From an uncultured bacterium (lineage in GTDB: Bacteria; Babelota; Babeliae; Babelales; Babelaceae): a stretch of DNA of 64,000 nt. Of the stretch, positions 41,733 through 53,794 are shown one piece after another (position 1 is the stretch's first letter; each line of letters begins with the position of its first letter). A program made the translations under genes and the position numbers. Location of the stretch: the NCBI GenBank assembly GCA_963722385.1, contig CAVRKK010000002.1, positions 928,001 through 992,000 of the forward strand, read 5' to 3'. Below the pieces are notes generated by a model. It had not been told where the DNA came from, did not search any database, and worked only from the letters and a program-made list of their open reading frames with translations.

Positions 41733-41810
41733 AAATGAGGCCTATGATAAGTAAGCGGGAAAATTTCATGATTAAAATGGTGGAATCCTACAGGAAATCG
41801 GAAAAAACAG

Positions 41811-41838
41811 TTGACAAGTATAACTTGGTTGGTATAAT
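41811..41838 (+). promoter_or_regulatory. rrn promoter P1 (sigma70)
   Basis: TTGACA-16 nt-TATAAT. Confidence 0.9.
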
Positions 41839-41888
41839 TATTATCAGTTGTTGAAATTCGAATTGGTAAGCCTAATATATAATTTTTG

Positions 41889-41916
41889 TTGACATCGTTT
41901 CTACGGTTGGTATAAT
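41889..41916 (+). promoter_or_regulatory. rrn promoter P2 (sigma70)
   Basis: TTGACA-16 nt-TATAAT; boxA-like TTCTTTGAAAT follows at 41943 and again in the spacer near 43967. Confidence 0.9.
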
Positions 41917-42004
41917 TAATATTAGTTCTTAAGATTTTTAAATTCTTTGAAATACACGAGAAAAAATTCGTCTACGATCTTGCGATCACTCACAATTTTT
42001 GTGA

Positions 42005-43540
<1,536 letters not shown>

Positions 43541-43643
43541 CGAGGGAGTAAAAGATCTACACTTTGGTGTGTGAATATAATTAGAGTGGAAAGCAAGGTC
43601 GTAGACATCTAAAGTTGTAACTAGTAATATAGGCTTAATGAGC

Positions 43644-43720
43644 GGGCCTATAGCTCAGGTGGTTAGAGCACCCCGCTGATAACGGGGAGGTCAGTCGTTC
43701 AAGTCGACTTAGGCCCACCA
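43644..43720 (+). tRNA. tRNA-Ile(GAU)
   Basis: GGGCCTATAGCTCAGGTGGTTAGAGC, loop CTGATAA, CCA. Confidence 0.97.
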
Positions 43721-43754
43721 TACTTCGCTCTTGCTGAGCTTCGTATGGCAGGCC
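43718..43754 (+). repeat. tRNA 3'-trailer palindromic repeat
   Basis: CCATACTTCGCTCTTGCTGAGCTTCGTATGGCAGGCC; the CCA pairs with TGG. Confidence 0.75.
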
Positions 43755-43803
43755 GGGCTTCCTTCTTGTCTGACATAGCTTTAGCAAAGTCAGAGATTTA
43801 AAA

Positions 43804-43879
43804 GGGGGTGTAGCTCAGTTGGTAGAGCGTCCGCTTTGCAAGCGGAAGGTCATCGGTTCGAATCCGATCATCTCCACCA
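43804..43879 (+). tRNA. tRNA-Ala(UGC)
   Basis: GGGGGTGTAGCTCAG, loop TTTGCAA, CCA. Confidence 0.97.
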
Positions 43880-44555
43880 TGCTTCGGTTTTGCTTTACAT
43901 AAAAAGCCTTTTTGTTATAATTATTATTAGTGAAAATTTTCTTGTGTATATATTAAAAATTATGTGTTCTTTGAAATATCTATAGTGTAATAGTCTAAAG
44001 CGACAATTTACTGAGATCTCGAAATTTGATAAGTTTAGTGGTTAATTGAAAAGGGCTTCCGGTGGATGCCTTGGCACCAAGAGACGATGAAGGAGGCGGA
44101 AGACTGCCATAAGCTTCGGGGAGCTGTCAAACAAGCTGTGATCCGAAGATGTCCGAATAGGGAAACCGATTACGATCAAATCGTAGTACTCGTATCTGAA
44201 TATATAGGGTACGAGGGTGAACGGCGTGAACTGAAACATCTAAGTAGCGCTAGGAAAAGAAAACAAAGTGATTCCCTGTGTAGTGGTGAGCGAAAGGGGA
44301 AGAGCCTAAACTCCTGTTATGTGATAACCTGTGTGTGTTGTAGCAGGGGGGTAGTGGGATGATAATGTCTGAAGAACACAGTCTTCAGCATACGGATACT
44401 TACCTTAGTCGAATGTTTTGAAAAGGACAGTCAAAGAAGGTGAAAGCCCTGTAGGCGAAAAGCTAAGTATCATATGAGTTTTTATTCCCAAGTACCGCAG
44501 AGCACGTGAAATTCTGCGGGAATCTGCCCGGACCATCGGGTAAGGCTAAATACTC

Positions 44556-44607
<52 letters not shown>

Positions 44608-45200
44608 GGGAGGGGAGTGAAATAGAATCTGAAACCGGTCGTCTACAATCGGTGGAAGCGCTGTATAAGAACGCGCAACCACGTACCTTTTGCATAATGA
44701 GCCAACGAGTTATCTTATGTTGCAAGGTTAAGCTTTGAAAGAGTGGAGCCGCAGCGAAAGCGAGTCCGAATAGGGCGATTAGTAGCATGAGATAGACCCG
44801 AAACCTAGCGAGCTACCCATGTCCAGGGTGAAATCTCAGTTAGATGAGATGGAGGCCCGAACCGGTGTAGGTTGAAGACTGCTCGGATGAGGTGTGGGTA
44901 GGAGTGAAAGGCTAATCAAGCTGGGAGATAGCTGGTTCTTCCCGAAATATATTGAGGTATAGCCTCGTCGGATGAATTGTGGAGGTAAAGCACAGTTGAA
45001 GTTTTGGGGGCGCAAGCTTACCGGATTTTTACTAACTCTGAATGCCGCAATTTTAGAAGACGGGAGTCGGACTGTGGGGGATAAGCTTCATAGTCGAGAG
45101 GGAAACAGCCCAGACCATCAGCTAAGGTCCCTAAATGCTCGTTAAGTGTGAAAAGAGGTGGCAGTACATAGACAGCCAGGAGGTGGGCTTAGAAGCAGCC

Positions 45201-45237
<37 letters not shown>

Positions 45238-46034
45238 TTTGCTGCGCTGAAATACAAACGGGGCTAAACGAGCTACCGAAGCTATGGCTTGTAGTGTACT
45301 GCGGTATGCTACAGGGGTAGGGAAGCGTTCTCTAGCAGATACAAGCTCGACTGGAAAGACGAGTAATGGGCTAGAGAAGTGAATATGTTGGTATAAGTAA
45401 CGATAAATAGGTGAAATTCCTATTCGCCGTAAGTCTAAGGTTTCCGTGAGATAGGATCATCCACTCAGGGTTAGTCGATACCTAAGCCGAGGCCAATTGG
45501 AGTAGGCGATGGACAACAGGTTAATATTCCTGTACCACCTTTAAGCGTTTGAGCGAAGAGGGGACGCAGCAGGGTAGGCTGACTTGGCTTATGGATTGCC
45601 AAGTTAAGCACCTAGGGAGATTTGGTAGGTAAATCCGCCAGATCATAGATCCTAAAGTGTGATGAGTATGCTAAATCCTCGTGGTTTTGTGTATTCAGCT
45701 GATCCCATACTGCCTAGAAAAGCCTCTAGTGAGCTTGAAGGTGATCGTACCGCAAACCGACACAGGTAGACGGGCTGAGAATGCTCAGGCGTTGAGATAA
45801 CCACCACTAAGGAACTCGGCAAATTGGCCTCGTAACTTCGGGAGAAGAGGTGCCTGCGATGTGATTTGTGTAATCAGCAAAGAAGCATTGTCAGGTTTCA
45901 ACAAAGAGGCCCAACCGACTGTTTATCAAAAACACAGGGCTCTGCAAACTCGTAAGAGGAAGTATAGAGTCTGACGCCTGCCCAGTGCCGGAAGGTTAAT
46001 AGGAGATGTCAGCTTAAAAGCGAAGCATTGAATT

Positions 46035-46070
<36 letters not shown>

Positions 46071-46334
46071 AACTATTGCTACCAGTAGAGGCCGTTGTAA
46101 AATTTGGCTATATGCTGGAAACTCTCATGTATCCTACACTACTTGCCTATGGGTAAGTGACAATGTGCTAGGTGGAGACAATCAGCAGGAAAGGCCTTGG
46201 CTTAAAAAGCTAAGGAATCCTCAGAGACTATACGCCAAACTCAATTGATAAATTGAGAAGATAGAGTCCGATCTCTATGGCGACATAGAGCGCAAGTAAT
46301 TGCGGCTTTCTCATGTGAGAAAGAAACATAAATA
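46071..46334 (+). ncRNA. Group I intron (IB-like, ORF-less, 264 nt) at 23S position 1923
   Basis: Splits ATAACGGT/CCTAAGG. IGS GCCGTTGT pairs with the 5' exon; core P ATGCTGGAA, Q AATCAGCAGG, R TCAGAGACTA, S GATAGAGTCC. Last base is A. Confidence 0.92.
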
Positions 46335-46362
46335 CCTAAGGTAGCGAAGTCCCTTGTCGGGT

Positions 46363-47076
46363 AAGAGAATCTTGCCCCTTTATCTCGTGAGAGATATTGA
46401 AACACCAGCTCATATCGGGGGAACCCTCCTGAATCTTTATTCAAAGGGCAATCCCGAGGGAAGTCTACCGAAGTATTCGGTATGACCCCGTAACGACTGA
46501 TCCGAAAGGAGAGGCACACGTGTGCGTGTGCAACACGCTGGTTACTTGCCTTAGAAAGAGGGCCTATGGAGATATATAAAGTGCTTAATCCGTGGTTTAT
46601 AACAGGGTTGACTGATGGAGAAGGTTGTTTTTCGGTTTCGTTTACGCTGCGTAAGCGTGTGAAGCTTGGTATAGAAACTCGTCCTTCTTTTTCGATATCG
46701 CTTAATTGTAGAGATCTTAGTTTGATTAAAGCAGTGCATAATTATTTTCAATGTGGCAGTGTACGTTATTGTCAATCTGATAGAACATATAAGTTTGAAA
46801 CTCGTTCTATCTCTGATTTGGTTAAATGTATCATACCTCATTTTGAAAGCTATCCTCTGCAATCAAGTAAAGCTAATGATTTTGAGCAATTTAAGAAGAT
46901 ATGTACCTATGTACATGCCAACCTTCATTTAAGTAGATCGTATCTACAAGAAATCATAGAAATTGCATGTCTTATGAATCCTTCTGGAAAACGGAAGTAT
47001 AGTAAGGATGATCTTCTAAGGGTACTTTGCAAGTAAAAGGTATAGTCTACTTCTTATAGAAATATGAGGTAAAGTG
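46363..47076 (+). ncRNA. Group I intron (IA3-like, 714 nt) at 23S position 1951 with homing endonuclease
   Basis: Splits TGTCGGGT/AAGTTCCGACC. IGS CTTGCCC, R GTAACGACTG, S GGTATAGTCT, terminal G at 47076. Confidence 0.92.
46566..47036 (+). CDS. Single-motif LAGLIDADG homing endonuclease
   Basis: WFITGLTDGEGCFSV, IIPHFESYPLQSSKANDF, MNPSGKRKY; lies inside the L1951 intron. Confidence 0.95.
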   Translation: MEIYKVLNPWFITGLTDGEGCFSVSFTLRKRVKLGIETRPSFSISLNCRDLSLIKAVHNYFQCGSVRYCQSDRTYKFETRSISDLVKCIIPHFESYPLQSSKANDFEQFKKICTYVHANLHLSRSYLQEIIEIACLMNPSGKRKYSKDDLLRVLCK

Positions 47077-47545
47077 AAGTTCCGACCTGCATGAATGGCG
47101 TAACGAGTTGGGCGCTGTCTTGGTGGTGGACTCAGTGAATTTGTAGTACCGGTGAAAATGCCGGTTACCCGCGACTGGACGGAAAGACCCCGTGCACCTT
47201 TACTGCAACTTGACATTGATTTTCGGATAGCTTTGTGTAGGATAGGCGGGAGACTGTGAAGCCAAGGCGCCAGCTTTGGTGGAGTCAATCTTGAAATACT
47301 GCCCTTATCTGTTTGAAAATCTAACTTCGACCCGTAATCCGGGCGGAAGACAATGTCTGGTGGGCAGTTTGACTGGGGTGGTCGCCTCCTAAAATGTAAC
47401 GGAGGCGTTCAAAGGTTCCCTCAAAGCGAATAGAAATCGCTGGGTGAGTGTAAACGCAGAAGGGAGCTTAACTGCGAGGCAAACAAGCCGAGCAGATGCG
47501 AAAGCAGGAGTTAGTGATCCAGTGGTTCCGTATGGAAGGGCCATT

Positions 47546-47582
<37 letters not shown>

Positions 47583-47859
47583 TATCTCCTCTGAGAGTCC
47601 ACATCGACGAGGAGGATTGGCACCTCGATGTCGGATCATCGCATCCTGGGGCCGGAGAAGGTCCCAAGGGTCTGGCTGTTCGCCAGTTAAAGCGGTACGT
47701 GATCTGGGTTCAGAACGTCGTAAGACAGTTCGGTCCTTATCCGTCGTGGGCGTAGGGTATTTGAGGAAGGCTGTTCCTAGTACGAGAGGACCGGAATGGG
47801 TGAGCCTCTAGTGTTCCAGTTGTTTACCAAAAGCAGGCTGGGTAGCTAAGCTCATAAGA

Positions 47860-47890
<31 letters not shown>

Positions 47891-48112
47891 TTGTTCCAAG
47901 ATTAGATACCCCTGTTCTCGAGCAATCGAGAAACTAAGGTCCGTTGAAGACTACAACGTTGATAGGCTGGATGTGTAAGCATAGCAATGTGTTTAGCTAA
48001 CCAGTACTAATAGACCGAACGTTTTAATCACTGATATTAATTTATCAGAGAAAAGTTTAAAGCTTTCGAGTATTACACTATAGATATGAACACGTAATGA
48101 TTTTGAAAGATT

Positions 48113-48230
48113 TCTCTGGTGCGTATAGCTGTAAGGAAACACCCGTTCCCATTCCGAATACGGCAGTTAAGCTTACAGCGCCGATGATACTTGTCTGGTA
48201 ACGGACCGGGAAAGTAGGTAGTGCCAGGGA
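48113..48230 (+). rRNA. rrf: 5S rRNA
   Basis: CTGGTG...ACACCCGTTCCCATTCCGAA...CGCCGATGATAC...AGTAGGTAGTGCCAG. Confidence 0.96.
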
Positions 48231-48237
48231 TTAAATT

Positions 48238-48267
48238 AAAAGCCGTAGCATAGCTACGGCTTTTTTG
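48238..48267 (+). terminator. Intrinsic terminator of rrn operon
   Basis: AGCCGTAGC-ATA-GCTACGGCT followed by a T run. Confidence 0.9.
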
Positions 48268-48292
48268 TTGTTTAATTAGATTTGTGCTGTGT

Positions 48293-49183
48293 ATGAAATA
48301 TAGAATTTATATATGCTGGCTTGTTTTTTGTGTGCTTATCTCTCAAAAAGTAGCCGCTCTATCAATCGTATATAACTTTCGTATTGCACAGATTACGAAA
48401 CAATCTCTTGTCGAAGAAACTGGTAGACATAATACCCTGGTATCGCTTCTTTTTAGTCAATTTCGAGAAAGGCATGACCGCTCTCGTTTAAACTATGTAG
48501 GAACCTTTGGCTCGTATATTTACGGATTTGATTCATATTATTGCCGAGCTGACTTTGCGGTAGCGGGCTTTGAAGAGCGTAGAAACCACCGAACTACTTT
48601 TTCTGATATAGAAACCGATGATATTCTTTTTACGGTCGGGCGCAATTTTAGAATAGATAAACAAAGAAATATAACGTTTTCTGCGCTATTCGGCATACCA
48701 ACCCATAAAATATTTAGGCTACAGCATCCTGAGTTTGGACATGGTCAAATAGGTACTGGCCTGCAATTGGATGGCTTCTATGGCCTCAAGCCAAGTAGCG
48801 GTTTTTTGTATGGACTACGATATCTTTCTTTTGTACCACGAGAGGCGCTCGATAAGACTGGTGGAAAACATCTTGTTACTCTTGGTAATGTTGGCGATGT
48901 GCTGGTAGCTTATAGGCACAATTGGCAACAATATGGTATAGAATTTGGTTATACCCACAGGTCTCGGTTTGGAGAAACTATTTCCCCCCCGCTTGATGAC
49001 AAGGGCAAGCCGGCTAATGCCCAGAGAAGCAATTTTTATCTCGTAGGTAAGTATAAGTTTATGCGGGAGAATGTTGAGCACCGATTGTTATGCAATATTT
49101 CTTATGGTTTTGATCATAGACCTGCCCTGCATGGTAATAAATATGTTGTTGGCTTCTGGACGTCATGGAACATAAGTTTCTGA
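48293..49183 (+). CDS. Putative outer-membrane beta-barrel protein, family member 2
   Basis: Signal peptide; DDILFTVGRNF, LFGIPT, GNVGDVL..GIEFGY; ends WNISF. Confidence 0.6.
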   Translation: MKYRIYICWLVFCVLISQKVAALSIVYNFRIAQITKQSLVEETGRHNTLVSLLFSQFRERHDRSRLNYVGTFGSYIYGFDSYYCRADFAVAGFEERRNHRTTFSDIETDDILFTVGRNFRIDKQRNITFSALFGIPTHKIFRLQHPEFGHGQIGTGLQLDGFYGLKPSSGFLYGLRYLSFVPREALDKTGGKHLVTLGNVGDVLVAYRHNWQQYGIEFGYTHRSRFGETISPPLDDKGKPANAQRSNFYLVGKYKFMRENVEHRLLCNISYGFDHRPALHGNKYVVGFWTSWNISF

Positions 49184-49248
49184 ACATGATGCTCAACAAA
49201 TATTGAGGTAGGATGCCGTAGATTTTTAAACGAATGCTGCTTAAATTG

Positions 49249-51663
49249 TTAGGGCCCTTTCGCTTTGAGGTTCCAAAGAAAGAGGAACCATTCAAGACGG
49301 GATAGTTGAAGAACGGGAGGGTGCGGTTCTAACCAGGATTGTAGCGGATTGGAAGCACCTAATTCTTTCAAATTACTTATTAAGGTCACTATGCTAGAAA
49401 AGGTCACTGGGCTAGAAGTTGTATCCCCAAGATTTTCCCAGTAATTAAGCCCAGTAAGTCCACCATTGCTCTTGTTGTTAATATAAAAAGCTATTAATCC
49501 TAGCACTGACCCTACCGTCACTGAAGGTATGATCCATTTTAAGGAAGCCAAAAGCTGATCACGGACGGTCTTGTTGTTAGGTGAATTCTGCAAGGCTTTA
49601 TTAAGTTGACGTAAGACTGCTTGCTGATTTAATAAATTATCCCGAGTATCTGTATCGTTATTTCTCGCGGGGGCATTAATGATAGAAGTATTTGCTGCGA
49701 GATCACTAAGCCTATTTGGTTCGTGTTGCTCTTGTATGGTTCCCTGCTGCAGAGCTTGCTCATGAATACCGGGTATTTGAGTGTTTGGTGTTACTGATAG
49801 ATCAAGCTGGTGAACCGGAGGCTGCTTGTCTTCAGTCTCTTCGTTATTAACGATAGGTGTATCAGAGCTTGAGGCTTCAGCGGTATCATGCTCCTGAAAA
49901 TTGCCAATAGATTCGGTAAGCCATGTAATAATATAATCATGACCATTGCGGTGAGCTACGGTGGTAGCCGTTTGACCATCAGTAGTTTGGGCACTAATAT
50001 CTGCTCCATGGGCGACAAGCCACCGAATGGCACTCAATTGTCCTGCGTGAGCAGCCCAATGTGTCGGCTGTCGGCTATCATTATCTGGGGAATCAATATG
50101 AGCACCGAGCTCGACAAGCAGCTGTAGTATAAGCAGATTGCCTCCTGCTGCAGCATAATGTATGGGCTCAATTCCTCGGTTTGTTCGAGCATTAATTGAG
50201 GCTCCCCGTTGAATGAGCAATTGTACGATGAAGAGATTTCCAGCTCGCGATGCCAAGAGGAGAGGCTCAATGTCACCGTGAGCGCGGGCACGGATGTTTG
50301 CGCCCCATGCTACAAGCAGCTCCACCAGCTTGAGGCTCCCCCCGCGAGCAGCCCAGTGGATAGCCTGTTGGCCATATTCATCAGATGCGTGAATATCTGC
50401 GCCGTTCTCGAGTAACCATTGTGCAATTTCTAAAAAGCCATAATGCGCCGCTATATGTAATGGCTGTGCCCCTTCAGCACCGCGTGCATGTATGGAAGCC
50501 CCATGTTCGGCGAGCCATTGAATAGTTTCTTGGTGCCCACCATGGGTAGCGCAATGGATCGCCTCGTTGCCAAAAGTATCCGACAAATTGATAGGAATGC
50601 CGTTTCCAATCAACCATTTTAAAATATCCATCCGGCCATTTTTTGCAGCCCATAAAGAGTTTCTTCGGTGATTATCCCGAACAGCGGTACCATCTTCTTG
50701 GGCAATATCTCTTTCTCGTTGAGCATTGCCGAGCGTACTGTTCTCTTGGCTTTTCTCAGCATCGCTCATTTGTGCTTGCTCTTCGATAGATTTTGGAGCG
50801 GCTTGTTTATTTCCATCGCGCGCGTCGAGATGAGCACCCTTTTGGATAAGCCATCTGACAATATGCGCATGCTTCCTAAGGGCAGCAACACGAATGGGTT
50901 GATTATGAGCTCCATCGCGTGCATTGATATCTGCACCGTGCCCAACAAGCCATATAAGCCCACCAAGCAGTCCATTATGACAAACATGATGAATCGACTG
51001 GTTGTCGTGAGTGTCACGATGATTAATATCTGCGCCTTGATTATAGAGTATCTGTGCTTGAGCCAAATCGCTGGCGAGCAGGGTATTGAGGAATTTTTGG
51101 TCAAGCTTTTCTTGAGTTGGTGAACGTGGTGCCTGTTGCTGATTACTGTCTGATAGGTTTAAAGGTTCTCCAGGAGGAGCAACCTGCTCAACGGTTAAAA
51201 AATCTTGGCCAGATAAAATGAGGAATTCAAAATCTTCGGCTAAACCATCTAATGCGACAGTATTCACAAAATTATCTTGGGCGACCGCTCCTGCAGCGGT
51301 CAAAGCTTGAATGATTGCTTGCGACCCACCTCTAGTTGCTAGATCTAGAGGCAGATGCCCAATGCCATCTGCTGTTGGTGCATTTACATCAGCACCAGCT
51401 ACTACAAGAACGTTGACAACCGCAAGATCACCGCGAGTTACGGCATAATGAATGGGCTGCCAACCGCGATCATCTCTGCTTGATAAATCAAGGTTCCCCA
51501 TCAATTTTCGATAATCAAGGTATGTTTTCAAAACGCCAGCGTCGCTGCTTTTTGTATGTTGAAATAACTTATAGCCTTGAGGTTTTGGTGGCTCCATACA
51601 ATAAGCAGGATTTACGGTAAGTAAGGTAGTTGCTAGAATAAGAATTTGAAGAATCTTTAACAT
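49249..51663 (-). CDS. Secreted multi-ankyrin-repeat protein (804 aa)
   Basis: Signal peptide ...AYC-ME; more than 10 G.qPIH.A...G...h..Lh..GADI repeats; hydrophobic segment near the C-terminus. Confidence 0.95.
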   Translation of the reverse strand: MLKILQILILATTLLTVNPAYCMEPPKPQGYKLFQHTKSSDAGVLKTYLDYRKLMGNLDLSSRDDRGWQPIHYAVTRGDLAVVNVLVVAGADVNAPTADGIGHLPLDLATRGGSQAIIQALTAAGAVAQDNFVNTVALDGLAEDFEFLILSGQDFLTVEQVAPPGEPLNLSDSNQQQAPRSPTQEKLDQKFLNTLLASDLAQAQILYNQGADINHRDTHDNQSIHHVCHNGLLGGLIWLVGHGADINARDGAHNQPIRVAALRKHAHIVRWLIQKGAHLDARDGNKQAAPKSIEEQAQMSDAEKSQENSTLGNAQRERDIAQEDGTAVRDNHRRNSLWAAKNGRMDILKWLIGNGIPINLSDTFGNEAIHCATHGGHQETIQWLAEHGASIHARGAEGAQPLHIAAHYGFLEIAQWLLENGADIHASDEYGQQAIHWAARGGSLKLVELLVAWGANIRARAHGDIEPLLLASRAGNLFIVQLLIQRGASINARTNRGIEPIHYAAAGGNLLILQLLVELGAHIDSPDNDSRQPTHWAAHAGQLSAIRWLVAHGADISAQTTDGQTATTVAHRNGHDYIITWLTESIGNFQEHDTAEASSSDTPIVNNEETEDKQPPVHQLDLSVTPNTQIPGIHEQALQQGTIQEQHEPNRLSDLAANTSIINAPARNNDTDTRDNLLNQQAVLRQLNKALQNSPNNKTVRDQLLASLKWIIPSVTVGSVLGLIAFYINNKSNGGLTGLNYWENLGDTTSSPVTFSSIVTLISNLKELGASNPLQSWLEPHPPVLQLSRLEWFLFLWNLKAKGP

Positions 51664-51705
51664 CTTTATTTTCCTAAAGAGCGCACTTTGAGTTTGCTGT
51701 CAGAA

Positions 51706-51734
51706 AGCATAGCAATATTTATGTTAGTTATCAA
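51706..51734 (-). promoter_or_regulatory. Putative sigma70 promoter of ankyrin gene
   Basis: Minus strand TTGATA-17 nt-TATGCT with extended TG; near-copy at 57489-57517. Confidence 0.65.
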
Positions 51735-52545
51735 TTCCATTTTTGCTCAAAGAGCTGTAGTAACTGTGCTCTTTCATGCGCTGGCTAACTTCTTGCCTCG
51801 CAATGTTATAACGAGCAGCCAAATATTTAGATTGCTTGGTCGCTCTTCTTGCTGCACATATTGCAGATTTAATTTACTAACCAAAAAGTTCATGCATGAG
51901 TTAACGCAACAGGGTTTCTTTCGGTTATGTAGGTAACGTCAAAGGTAAACTTATTTTGGTTGGCAACTTGGGAATTGCTTGTTATTGCCGTTTGATTAGT
52001 GATTTCCAGGTAAATTGTGTCTGAAATTGATAAATGGGTATAGGTAATCTAAACCTCAAGGGAGATCAATCTCCCATTCTGGTAATACTGTCGCAACGTG
52101 ACCTCCTCGCTACATTTACAGACGATGTTGGAATCCTTTTCAGTGTCACTGCTTAAGGGTGTAACGTTTTGCACAAATTGAGCCGATGTAAATTGGTTGC
52201 TTGTTGAATAGATTCAGTAATTTGATCGGCATCTATTCCATTGTTTTCCTCATCAAAAATTACGGTAGTATTACCATTGCTATCTAATATTCGTATGCGA
52301 ACATTTCGTTAGCGACATCTCTAAGGCCATCTCTCTGGTGACTTAAAGTGGACAATCGGGTGGTAATAGCTACACGACTTGCCAATATGGCTTCTTGGAG
52401 TTTGGCAATAGGTTCTAGGCTTTTGGCAAGAGTTTCTAGGTTGTTGGCAAGAGTTTCGCAAATTGTAGAGAAACTTTGTTGGGCAACTTGATTACTGCTT
52501 GTTATAGGATTAGTTTCGCTGTTCTCTTTTCCTGGATCAGATAAA

Positions 52546-53794
52546 CAGGGCCGGCTCACTTAAAAAATTAAAAAACTAAGATATAATGGTTCTCAAAAAA
52601 AACCGGGAGAACCAAGATGGAAGACAGAAATATTAGTTTTTTGGATTATATAGGTGAACTAGAAGACCCAAGAATTGAAAGAGGAAAACTGCATTCAATG
52701 GCAGATATTCTTTTTTTAACTCTGGTAGGGGTTATAAGTGGGTGCGAGGGTTGGAAAGATATCGAATACTACGGAAAAGCTCGATTAGACGTACTTAAAA
52801 AGTATCTACCATTTGAAAATGGGGTACCAAGCGATGATACGTTAAGGAGATTTTTTAGAGCACTTGATCCTAATGAGTTTTCTAAAATATTTGTAAAATG
52901 GGTAAGCGATTTAGTAGCATCAGTAAGGGATAACAGAGACACTGATGATGCAAGAACAGTAGCCATAGATGGGAAAGTGACAAAAAGAAGCTTTGATCAG
53001 GGTGAAACAGAAGATAAAGAGCCTCTTTATCTAGTCAATGCATTTGCGACAGATGTTAGAATGGTCCTTTGTCAAAAAAAGGTAGAAGGAAAATCGAATG
53101 AAATAACGGCTATCCCGCAGCTCTTGGACTTAATTGATATCTGCGGTGCGATAGTGACGATTGATGCAATAGGGACCCAGAAAAAAATTGCTCAAAAGAT
53201 TATTGACAAAAAAGGGGATTATTTGCTTAATGTAAAGGGCAATCAAGGTGATCTTCTTGAAGAAATAAAAACTTTCTTTGAAATAGAAAGCGAATCAAAA
53301 TATATCAATATTAAGCATGATACATTTTCAGAAACAGAAAAAGGGCATGGTCGAATTGAGATTAGGACTTGTACAACAACCGATCAAATAGGCTGGATTT
53401 CTAAAAAGAATGATTGGGTCTCACTAAAGAGCATTGCCTGTATACAATCAGAGCGATTGATTGGTAAGAATAAGACTATAGAAAAACGTTACTACATAAC
53501 AAGTATTCCTGCATCAGCAGAAAGAATATTGCGCGCCGCAAGAAGTCACTGGTTAATAGAGAATTCGATGCATTGGGTACTCGATGTTTGCTTTAATGAT
53601 GATCAATCGAGAATTCGAAAAGGTAATGCTCCTCAAAATGTAGCGACCATCAAAAGTTTGGCGCTTAACTTGCTCAAACGAGCCCAGCCATTGGTTGATA
53701 AGTACATCAGTATCAAATGTCTTCGAAAGCTGTCTTGCTGGCAACCTAGCACTTTGGAATTAATTGTCAATCAAATTTAGATGAGCCGGCCCTG
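52546..53794 (+). mobile_element. ISAs1-family IS, complete (1249 bp) with 10-bp TSD
   Basis: IRL CAGGGCCGGCTCACTTAAA, IRR TTTAGATGAGCCGGCCCTG; ATCAGATAAA duplicated at 52536-52545 and 53795-53804. Confidence 0.97.
52617..53780 (+). CDS. ISAs1-family transposase
   Basis: LEDPR...KLH, GVPSDDT, AIDGK, KSNEITAIP, HWLIENSMHW. Confidence 0.97.
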   Translation: MEDRNISFLDYIGELEDPRIERGKLHSMADILFLTLVGVISGCEGWKDIEYYGKARLDVLKKYLPFENGVPSDDTLRRFFRALDPNEFSKIFVKWVSDLVASVRDNRDTDDARTVAIDGKVTKRSFDQGETEDKEPLYLVNAFATDVRMVLCQKKVEGKSNEITAIPQLLDLIDICGAIVTIDAIGTQKKIAQKIIDKKGDYLLNVKGNQGDLLEEIKTFFEIESESKYINIKHDTFSETEKGHGRIEIRTCTTTDQIGWISKKNDWVSLKSIACIQSERLIGKNKTIEKRYYITSIPASAERILRAARSHWLIENSMHWVLDVCFNDDQSRIRKGNAPQNVATIKSLALNLLKRAQPLVDKYISIKCLRKLSCWQPSTLELIVNQI

